Shown here one piece after another: positions 17,507 to 24,633 of a DNA stretch of 32,000 bases. The notes below the pieces were generated by a model that was not told the origin of the DNA, made no database searches, and saw only the letters and a list, made by a program, of their open reading frames with translations. The stretch is from positions 810,001 to 842,000 of the forward strand of contig JANQMZ010000007.1 of NCBI GenBank assembly GCA_028279805.1, written 5' to 3'. How positions within the stretch are numbered: position 1 is the first letter of the stretch; each line of letters starts with the position of its first letter. A program made the position numbers and the translations under genes. This DNA comes from an archaeon (lineage in GTDB: Archaea > Iainarchaeota > Iainarchaeia > Iainarchaeales > JANQMZ01).

Positions 17507-18931
17507 TTACCCCAGAAGTTCAACCAACTCTTCTTTAGATAATAAGTTTCCTTCTTTATAACTCGTAATGTCCCCCTGAATGTATTTTGCTATTTCTTCC
17601 TTCCTTTTGAGTAAATAATCAACATATTCATCAATTGTATCTTTTGCGACAAGTAAGTGAATAAAACAGTTTTTTTTTTGTGAAATTCTATGAATCCTAT
17701 CCTGAGATTGCATAAAATCAACCAAATTAAAATTTCTATCCAAGTATATGGCGTTGCTTGCAGCAGTTAATGTTAGGCCCTCTCTAGCTGCAGCGGGGTT
17801 TGCCAGCAAAATTTTATATTCCGGGTAATTTTGAAATTTTTTAACTGAGGCATTTCTTTTTTCCATAGTCATTTTTCCATAAATCATCACAGGATTAAAT
17901 TTAGAATATCTTTTTCTAAGTATTGAAATGTTTTCAATGAAAGAGGTCCAAATAATAACTTTTTGTTTTTTCTTTGTCAAATTTAAAATTAATTGATCAA
18001 GAGCTTTAAATTTAGCAGGCACTTCATCATAAGCTTTGTCAATCAGATAAGGATTGCTTGTTATTTGAATCAATCTTAAAAGTTTTACAAAAATTTCTTC
18101 TGCTTTTAAAATAATTTCATTTCCGTTCAAGTCTTTTATTTCCAAAAACAATTTTTCTTTTAATCTTTTGTACATTTCCTTTTGATCTTTTTCTAAAATA
18201 ACAGGAACGTTTATTATTTTCTTGCTAGGCAAATCCAATTCAGGAAGTTCTCCTTTGGTTCTACGCAACGATATTTTTTCAATTTTTTCTTTTAAGACTT
18301 TTAGTTTGCTTTGGTTAACTTCTTTTTTCAAATCAAAATCAAACTCTTTTTTAAATTTTTTAAAATCCTTTCCGAACGTTTTTCCATCATCCAAGAAAAA
18401 AAACTGCGCCCACAAGTCTATGGGTTTATTTGCTATGGGAGTTCCGCTAAGTATTATTTTTTTTCCCGGTAAGTTGGCTAATTTAAACAATTGAAGCGTT
18501 ATTTTAGCTTCTGGATTTTTTATTTTGTGAGATTCATCAAGAACAAGAGCCATTTTTCTAATTTTAAGTAACTCTTCAATCATTTTATTTTCTCTTATAA
18601 GAGATTCATAGCCAATAATATAAAAATAAGAAAATCCAAGCCCTTTCCTTTGCCTGGTTTTTCTGTTCCCGGTTATTTCAGTACAAGAGAGATTGCTATG
18701 TTTTTCTATTTCCTCTAACCAATTTTTAATTAATGTTTTTTTACATACAACTATTGCGCCATTTAGTTTTTTTTCTGCAAAGTTTTTACAAAGTGCATCA
18801 ATAACAATTTTTGTTTTTCCTAGTCCCTGTTCATCAAAAAGAGATACAACATCCTCTTTTTCAACGAAATCAATTGCAATGCTTTGATGCGCAAAAGGAT
18901 TTGTTTTAATTTTAAATTTATTTTTTTTCAT
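17507..18931 (-). CDS. SNF2-family DNA translocase/helicase, minimal core (474 aa)
   Basis: Motif I LFDEQGLGKTKI, motif II MALVLDESHKIKN, motif III IILSGTPIANKPIDLW, motifs V-VI AAREGLTLTAASNAIYLDRNFNLVDFMQSQDRIHRISQ. Confidence 0.92.
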   Translation of the reverse strand: MKKNKFKIKTNPFAHQSIAIDFVEKEDVVSLFDEQGLGKTKIVIDALCKNFAEKKLNGAIVVCKKTLIKNWLEEIEKHSNLSCTEITGNRKTRQRKGLGFSYFYIIGYESLIRENKMIEELLKIRKMALVLDESHKIKNPEAKITLQLFKLANLPGKKIILSGTPIANKPIDLWAQFFFLDDGKTFGKDFKKFKKEFDFDLKKEVNQSKLKVLKEKIEKISLRRTKGELPELDLPSKKIINVPVILEKDQKEMYKRLKEKLFLEIKDLNGNEIILKAEEIFVKLLRLIQITSNPYLIDKAYDEVPAKFKALDQLILNLTKKKQKVIIWTSFIENISILRKRYSKFNPVMIYGKMTMEKRNASVKKFQNYPEYKILLANPAAAREGLTLTAASNAIYLDRNFNLVDFMQSQDRIHRISQKKNCFIHLLVAKDTIDEYVDYLLKRKEEIAKYIQGDITSYKEGNLLSKEELVELLG

Positions 18932-19340
18932 TTGGTAGCAACCTGTCTGGAATTTTTAATATGTCTATGTTTTTTCTATCAAGCAAACCCTGCTGGCTTA
19001 ATATTTTTTCCAATTTTTTTTCACAAGATAATGGTATGCCCACTATTAGCCTTATTGATTCACTGTCATTAATTTTTGATTTTGAAAAGTCCAAAAGCTG
19101 CTCTTTTGTTCTTTTACTTGAAAGATCTTTTGAGGATTTAGCTTCCCCAATTATTAAATTTCCAGACTCGGGATCAACACCTACCACATCTGGTCGATGT
19201 CTAACTATTTTTGGAGGCATGTATAATTTCAAATCTGAAACGTCTTTTGGGTTGTCATCAAAGCAAACTACGTGATATCCCTCATTTCTTATCTTTTTTG
19301 CGAGAAGGGTTGCTATAATTCTGTGAGTATTAGACGGCAT
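18918..19340 (-). CDS. Small PD-(D/E)XK-like nuclease domain protein (140 aa)
   Basis: TLLAKKIRNEGYHVV...RHRPDVVGVDPESGNLIIGEAKSS: D...ExK core after an N-terminal helix. Confidence 0.7.
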   Translation of the reverse strand: MPSNTHRIIATLLAKKIRNEGYHVVCFDDNPKDVSDLKLYMPPKIVRHRPDVVGVDPESGNLIIGEAKSSKDLSSKRTKEQLLDFSKSKINDSESIRLIVGIPLSCEKKLEKILSQQGLLDRKNIDILKIPDRLLPNEKK

Positions 19341-20365
19341 TATTCATCATCCAGAATTGAATTTATTTCCTCTTTAAGTTCATTTAACAGTTTTTTTTTT
19401 GCATTATTTTGGCCTGACTTTATTTCTTCCTCTTCTTTATTTGACATTTTTCTTAATCCAATTAAAACCATAGATATCCGATCAAACAATGTGGAAGAAT
19501 ACTTAGGTTCAATAGTGCTTAGTTTTTCAATTGCAATGTCATAATTTCTTTCTAGAAATAACTTTCTACAATCAGAATTCTCAAAAATTTTATCCAATTT
19601 TCTAACATCCCGAACATTAAGGAATTTGTCAATTCCAACCCAATCACAAAAATCAGCGTCTGTAAAATTCAAATTTTGCATTTGCTGTTTTAAATTTTTG
19701 TTCTTTAAATATTCCACAAAATACGTAAACTTATGTACGAAATCCTTCTTGTTTCCATATTTTTTCTTGAATTGTGTCGACATTAATTTGAATGCATCAA
19801 TATCTTGCTTAATGCTACTTTTGTTTAATTTTGTCCTTAAAGAAAGGGTCTCCAAAGAAATTTTGTGGTCCTCATGTAAAGCATACAAATATTTGGCTTT
19901 TTCATAAGTGTCCCATTCATTTGTTCCATTCAAATGGGCAGTCAATCTAATGAAATCTTTGCCTTCGTCATCTAAATCAGCGGAAAACACTACACATTTT
20001 ATTTTTTTGAAATTTTTTTCTTCAGGATATTCTCCACTTAACTGTTTATAAATAAGCAATCTGGTGTTTCCTTCAATTACAATATAGTTTTTTTTTGGAA
20101 GTTGTTGTACCCATATATCGTACAACGCTCCCTTGTTATCTTTGATTGAAGCTTTTAGGTCATAGTAATAAGAATTTCTTTTTAACGCATATGCTATTTG
20201 ACCCTGGGTCATTTTTTCTTTTTCTTCCTCAAAAGTGTCTTTAGCTAGAGATATTCTTGGATTTTCAACGTCAAACATAATTTTTTCTATTTCAATTTCT
20301 TGTCTTTTGACAGGGGTTTTTCTTCTATTAATAATGACGCTGTCGGGATAAACAGGCGAGTTCAT
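19340..20365 (-). CDS. ParB/Srx-like N-terminal-domain protein (ParB-like A)
   Basis: EIEIEKIMFDVENPRISLAK...YIVIEGNTRLLIYKQL...TNEWDTYEKAKYL...FLNVRDVRKLDKIF; same motif order as the 16511-17503 protein. Confidence 0.7.
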   Translation of the reverse strand: MNSPVYPDSVIINRRKTPVKRQEIEIEKIMFDVENPRISLAKDTFEEEKEKMTQGQIAYALKRNSYYYDLKASIKDNKGALYDIWVQQLPKKNYIVIEGNTRLLIYKQLSGEYPEEKNFKKIKCVVFSADLDDEGKDFIRLTAHLNGTNEWDTYEKAKYLYALHEDHKISLETLSLRTKLNKSSIKQDIDAFKLMSTQFKKKYGNKKDFVHKFTYFVEYLKNKNLKQQMQNLNFTDADFCDWVGIDKFLNVRDVRKLDKIFENSDCRKLFLERNYDIAIEKLSTIEPKYSSTLFDRISMVLIGLRKMSNKEEEEIKSGQNNAKKKLLNELKEEINSILDDE

Positions 20366-20403
20366 TTTATTTCACATTTTTAAATTTTTTTTTGTATTGT
20401 TAT

Positions 20404-20416
20404 AATTATATAATTA
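20404..20416 (-). promoter_or_regulatory. Candidate TATA box for the five-gene cassette (TTAATTATATAAT on minus)
   Basis: AT-rich box about 40-50 nt upstream of the ATG at 20365 on the minus strand. Confidence 0.35.
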
Positions 20417-20503
20417 AAAACAAAATTAATTTAACACTTTACTGTGAACTATGAAATCGTATATGCTTATTTTTTGTCAAAAGTTTAGCGAAATATTTTT
20501 TTT

Positions 20504-21100
20504 TCAATATAATATTTGTTTTACTTTTTTTACAATTGATGAATGTTTGCTGTAAAACAAAAAACTCATAATTTGCCCCATGTTGCCTGTTTTTTTTCTG
20601 ATTGAACTTTTTTCAAAATCAATAATAACCGGCAAATTCTTCCTTACAATAATGTTTCTGCCCCGCCTTGCAAGCTGCCCATGGCTTAATCCTAGTGAAT
20701 CCATTAAACTTATTTGCATAAACAATTCGTTTAACAAATTCATAAACTTTTTTTTTGAAGGTTTATCAAACAACCATTTGTCCAAAGTTTTTCCTTTAAC
20801 AAATTCCATTAAAACGCATTTGTTTTGTGAATCAAATTTTTTCAGTTTTGGCCCGATGCCAACAGAATTTGCCAGCTTTAAATGTTTAACCTCTTTTTCC
20901 AGCATTTGAATTCTGCGTGATTTGTCTTTTTCAATTTTTAATGCAAACTTTTTTTCACGCAATTTAACCAGGTAAATATTTGAAGAATGTCCTTTGGCCA
21001 AAAATTTAACCATTTTAAGCTTGTTTTTTTTCAAAAAATTCTGCAATCTGAATTCTTCTGATTTCATTAAAATTACCATTTTTGATGATTGTACTGGCAT
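20504..21100 (-). CDS. Predicted archaeal Ser/Thr protein kinase-like protein (atypical)
   Basis: FLAKGHSSNIYLVKLREKKFALKIEKD, VLMEFVKGKTL, LGLSHGQLARRGRNIIVRKNLPVIIDFEKSS. HGQL replaces HRD and DFE replaces DFG. Confidence 0.75.
   Translation of the reverse strand: MPVQSSKMVILMKSEEFRLQNFLKKNKLKMVKFLAKGHSSNIYLVKLREKKFALKIEKDKSRRIQMLEKEVKHLKLANSVGIGPKLKKFDSQNKCVLMEFVKGKTLDKWLFDKPSKKKFMNLLNELFMQISLMDSLGLSHGQLARRGRNIIVRKNLPVIIDFEKSSIRKKTGNMGQIMSFLFYSKHSSIVKKVKQILY
20512..20526. repeat. Right copy of 15-nt direct repeat ATATTTGTTTTACTT
   Basis: Identical to 15374-15388; lies within the 3' end of the kinase-like gene. Confidence 0.55.
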
Positions 21101-21199
21101 TTACACAAGCTTTTTAAATCTTTTTTAATGAAAATTAGGTTATAAAGCAATAAAAATGCTATTTTTAAAAATTTACAAATTTTTGAGGTGTAATTGTTA

Positions 21200-22843
21200 A
21201 TGGCTGAACAAGATGCAAACAGGCAAATTGTATTTTTAAGTGAGGGTTCCAAAAGAACAAGGGGGAGAGAAGCACAGCAAATTAATATTTTGATTGCAAG
21301 GGCGATCGCTGAAGCTGTAAAAAGCACTTTGGGTCCCAAAGGAATGGACAAAATGATTGTTGATGACCTGGGTGACATAATTATTTCAAATGACGGTGCA
21401 ACAATTTTGGATGAAATGAGCATTGACCATCCGGTTGGAAAAATGCTTGTAGATGTTGCAAAAACTCAGGAAGCAGAGGTGGGTGATGGCACCACGACAG
21501 CTGTTGTTTTAGCCGGAGGCTTGCTGGAAAAAGCTGAAAAATTATTGGATGATGAAATTCATCCGAGCATTATAATTAAAGGTTACAGGCATGCAACAAA
21601 AAAAGCAATTGAAATTTTAAACAAAATTTCAGATTCGGTTAATGTTAATGATAAAAAAATGTTAACACAAATTGCAATGACTTCAATGACAGGCAAATCA
21701 GCTGAAGCTGAAATGAAACTGGCTTCAATGGTTGTTGACTCTGTTTTGGCTGTAATGGAAGAAGATAATGGCAGAATTGTTATTGACAAAGACATGATTA
21801 AAATTGAAACAAAGCAAGGTGCGTCTTTGGCAAAAACTGAAATGATTAACGGCATTGTTATTGACAAAGAAGTTGTTCATTCAGGAATGCCAAAACATGT
21901 TAAAAATGCAAAAATTGCATTGGTTGATGCTGCCTTGGAAATAAAGGAAACGGAAACGGATGCGGAAATAAGAATTTCTGACCCGGAACAATTGCAGGCT
22001 TTTTTGGATAAAGAAGAATCTTTATTGAAAGAAATGGTTGAAAATGTTTCAAAATCCGGTGCAAACGTTTTAATGTGCCAGAAAGGAATTGATGATTTGG
22101 CTCAGCATTTTTTGTCAAAAAACGGAATTCTTGCAATTCGCAGGGTTAAAAAAAGTGACATGGAAAAAATTGCAAAAGCAACAGGTGCAAGCATTGTTAC
22201 AAGACTTAGTGACATTTCAAAAACAGATTTGGGGCAAGCAAAAGATGTTTCAGAAAAAAAAATAGGAGACGAAGAAATGCTGTTTATTGAAGGCTGCAAA
22301 AACCCAAAATCTGTTACAATTTTGGTTCGAGGCGGTTCACAGCACGTTGTAGAAGAAGCCGAAAGGTCAATTGATGATGCTTTGGGCACAGTTTCAAGCG
22401 TATTAAGAGACAAAAAATCTGTTTCAGGCGGAGGCAGCACCGAAATTGAACTGGCAATGCAGTTAAGAAAATATGCAACAAGTGTCGGAGGCAGAGAACA
22501 GTTAGCAATAGAAGCATTTGCTGAAACACTTGAAGTAATTCCAAGAACTTTAGCTGAAACAGCAGGAAGAAATCCTTTGGATACAATTGTTGACTTAAAA
22601 TCAAAACACAAAGGAGAAAAAGGCAAATACATCGGAGTAAACGTTTATTCCGGAAAACTAGAGGACATGAAAAAAGAACATGTCATTGAACCTTTAAGCG
22701 TTAAAACCCAGGCAATAACTTCAGCCTCAGAAGTAGCTGAAATGGTTCTAAGAATTGATGACATAATTAAAGGAACCGGAAGCAAAGCACCTCCGATGGG
22801 ACCAGAAGGAATGCCACCTGGAATGCCTCCAATGGGAATGTAA
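21200..22843 (+). CDS. Thermosome subunit (group II chaperonin)
   Basis: [66 protein letters not shown]-terminal [14 protein letters not shown]. Confidence 0.97.
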   Translation: MAEQDANRQIVFLSEGSKRTRGREAQQINILIARAIAEAVKSTLGPKGMDKMIVDDLGDIIISNDGATILDEMSIDHPVGKMLVDVAKTQEAEVGDGTTTAVVLAGGLLEKAEKLLDDEIHPSIIIKGYRHATKKAIEILNKISDSVNVNDKKMLTQIAMTSMTGKSAEAEMKLASMVVDSVLAVMEEDNGRIVIDKDMIKIETKQGASLAKTEMINGIVIDKEVVHSGMPKHVKNAKIALVDAALEIKETETDAEIRISDPEQLQAFLDKEESLLKEMVENVSKSGANVLMCQKGIDDLAQHFLSKNGILAIRRVKKSDMEKIAKATGASIVTRLSDISKTDLGQAKDVSEKKIGDEEMLFIEGCKNPKSVTILVRGGSQHVVEEAERSIDDALGTVSSVLRDKKSVSGGGSTEIELAMQLRKYATSVGGREQLAIEAFAETLEVIPRTLAETAGRNPLDTIVDLKSKHKGEKGKYIGVNVYSGKLEDMKKEHVIEPLSVKTQAITSASEVAEMVLRIDDIIKGTGSKAPPMGPEGMPPGMPPMGM

Positions 22844-22845
22844 CA

Positions 22846-22959
22846 AGCTGCCTGACTGCAGCTGGGAGTCGTGCCATTTGCAATGGCACTGTCATCACTG
22901 CATAAGTGATCCATGTTCTGGCTCAAATGCCCACCTTTGTTAGGGTGAACTTTTTTTTC
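22846..22959 (+). ncRNA. Candidate structured RNA element: three perfect consecutive hairpins followed by a T8 tract
   Basis: AGCTGC-ctgact-GCAGCT (22846-22863); GTGCCAT-ttgca-ATGGCAC (22871-22889); ATCACT-gcata-AGTGAT (22894-22910); TTTTTTTT at 22952-22959. Confidence 0.5.
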
Positions 22960-23001
22960 CTCAATTACTTTTTAACCATTTCCAAATTTTTATTTTTCTG
23001 A

Positions 23002-23532
23002 ATGCAAGTAATTGGAATAACCGGTTTAATTAGGACAGGAAAAGATGCTGTTGCTGATTATTTGGTTGAAAAACATGGTTTTGAAAAATTTGTTTTAAGT
23101 GACATCATAGTTGAAGAAGCAAAAAAAAGACAAATTGAACCCAATAAAAAAAACATTGCTTTTCTGGCAGATGAATTAAGAAAAGAAAAAGGATTCGGAA
23201 CTGTTGCACAAAAACTTGCTGAAAAAATTAAACAAAAAAATCCTGAAAAAGTTGTGGTTGTAGGATTCAGGTCAGTTGAAGAAATTCCTTTTATTAAAAA
23301 TATTTCAAAAACTTTTACTCTTATTACAATTGTTGCTCCAAAAAAGAAAAGATTTGAAAGGCGTTCCGATTTGGATCCGGATAATGAGGAAGAATTTTTT
23401 GAAAGAGACAAAATTGATTTGGAAAACAAAGGTCTGCAAAAAGTAATTGATTTGTCGGACATGACTTTAGACAATTCAGGCACTTTTAAAGAATTATTTG
23501 AATTAATTGAAAAAAAGCTTTTTACTGAATAA
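23002..23532 (+). CDS. P-loop NMP/dephospho-CoA kinase-like protein
   Basis: MQVIGITGLIRTGKDAVADYLVEKHGFEKFVLSD; VVGFRSVEEIPF; RFERRSDLDP. Confidence 0.7.
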   Translation: MQVIGITGLIRTGKDAVADYLVEKHGFEKFVLSDIIVEEAKKRQIEPNKKNIAFLADELRKEKGFGTVAQKLAEKIKQKNPEKVVVVGFRSVEEIPFIKNISKTFTLITIVAPKKKRFERRSDLDPDNEEEFFERDKIDLENKGLQKVIDLSDMTLDNSGTFKELFELIEKKLFTE

Positions 23533-23613
23533 AACGTATTTTTTATGCTTTTAAACCAAAATGAAAAGCTTTAAAAACAGCAAAATCATTTTGATTAACG
23601 AGGTGATTTTCAC

Positions 23614-24300
23614 TTGGGCGTAGATAGCGTAGTTTCCGGCGGAATTGTCGGACAAACAGCCACAAGCCTTTCAGATGCTTTAATGCAGCTTGCCATATCA
23701 ACATTAAGCTTTATACCAAACCTAATTGCAGCAGTAATAATAGTTGCAATTGGCTGGTTCATTGGAAGCTTGTTAAAACAGGCAATTGTAATACCGTTAC
23801 TTCAAAGAGTAAAGGTTGACCAATGGATTGAAGAGCAAAATTTATCCAAAGCCTTGGGACACTATGAAGTTTCAAGACTTTTAGGGAGTTTTGTTAAATG
23901 GTATGTTATTGCCGTATTTTTAGCACAAGCAGCTCAAACTTTTGACTTACAAGTTTTGGGAACATTCTTACTGGACTTAGCCAGATTTATTCCGCAAGTA
24001 TTAGTTGCATTTGTAATTTTTGCAATCGGAGTACTATTGGCAAGATATGTCAGGAACGCAGTTGAATCAACAAAACATTCACACAAAAAAACAGTCGGCC
24101 TGGTAATAGAAATAGCAGTAATTTACCTGGCAATCGTTGTTTCACTGGGCAGTGTTGGCATTGAAGTTCAGTTACTTGAAGACTTGTTCAGAATAGCATT
24201 CAGTGCATTTGTTCTGACAATAGCAATAGTAGCCGGAATATCATTCGGACTAGCTTTCAAAGATGATGCTAAAAAAATGCTGAAAGGAATCTGGAAATAA
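23614..24300 (+). CDS. Small multi-TM protein resembling mechanosensitive-channel (MscS/CmpX-type TM helix) proteins
   Basis: Glycine-rich TM helices AAVIIVAIGWFIGSLLKQ...VLVAFVIFAIGVLLARYVRNAVE...AGISFGLAFKDDAKKML; TTG start with GAGGTG upstream. Confidence 0.7.
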   Translation: MGVDSVVSGGIVGQTATSLSDALMQLAISTLSFIPNLIAAVIIVAIGWFIGSLLKQAIVIPLLQRVKVDQWIEEQNLSKALGHYEVSRLLGSFVKWYVIAVFLAQAAQTFDLQVLGTFLLDLARFIPQVLVAFVIFAIGVLLARYVRNAVESTKHSHKKTVGLVIEIAVIYLAIVVSLGSVGIEVQLLEDLFRIAFSAFVLTIAIVAGISFGLAFKDDAKKMLKGIWK

Positions 24301-24387
24301 AACCCGGATTCTTTTCCTTTATTTTTTCTTTTTTTAGCCATTAGAAGCTATTCCAAAGCTCTATTGCCTAGGCGCAATCGGCTTCAG

Positions 24388-24406
24388 GTGCTATTTTAGA
24401 TAGCAC
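24388..24406 (+). other. Perfect 7-bp hairpin GTGCTAT-TTTAG-ATAGCAC, with a second hairpin ATTGC-CTAGGC-GCAAT at 24363-24378
   Basis: Read directly; both lie between the channel gene and the tRNA. Confidence 0.4.
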
Positions 24407-24470
24407 ATAAATTAGCAAAAAACGCTTTTCGCATGCTATTTAAAACTTTTTTAACGCATTTTACTTTAAC

Positions 24471-24544
24471 GGGCACATAGCTCAGTCTGGTAGAGTGGTA
24501 GTCTTATACACTATCGGTCGGGGGTTCAAATCCTCCTGTGCCCA
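24471..24544 (+). tRNA. tRNA-Ile with anticodon UAU (24505-24507)
   Basis: Full cloverleaf by hand: acceptor GGGCACA/TGTGCCC; D arm GCTC-AGTCTGGTA-GAGT; anticodon arm GTAGT-CTTATAC-ACTAT; T arm GGGGG-TTCAAAT-CCTCC; discriminator A; no encoded CCA; TATA-like TTTAAAA about 30 nt upstream. Confidence 0.9.
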
Positions 24545-24545
24545 T

Positions 24546-24602
24546 GCCCGATGTTTCGGGCGGGAACGTGCGCCGTTGGCAGCACTGGCGCCTTTGAGGC
24601 GC
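24546..24602 (+). promoter_or_regulatory. GC-rich structured spacer between tRNA-Ile and ileS with competing hairpins
   Basis: GCCCGA-TGTT-TCGGGC (24546-24561); GCGCC(24570-24574) can pair with GGCGC(24587-24591); overlapping GCGCC(24588-24592) pairs with GGCGC(24598-24602). Confidence 0.5.
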
Positions 24603-24633
24603 ATTTAAATAAAGTAAATGAGTTGTTTTGCAA

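Noticed and set aside
15383-20365. Considered DISARM, Type I R-M and Dnd/Ssp for the cassette
   Set aside because: No DUF1998 or PLD protein (DISARM), no HsdS/HsdR layout, no cysteine desulfurase or PAPS-reductase-like gene (Dnd/Ssp). Only the SNF2 and MTase elements are shared.
22645-22926. Minus-strand ORF of 93 aa covering the thermosome 3' end
   Set aside because: It is antisense to the conserved [14 protein letters not shown] tail, and its N-terminal part reads through the three hairpins; the structured-RNA explanation fits better.
22846-22959. Considered a C/D-box RNA because minus strand contains GTGATGA
   Set aside because: No CTGA box at the right distance on that strand and no terminal stem; also no 5S or SRP signature by eye. 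Left as an unclassified structured element.
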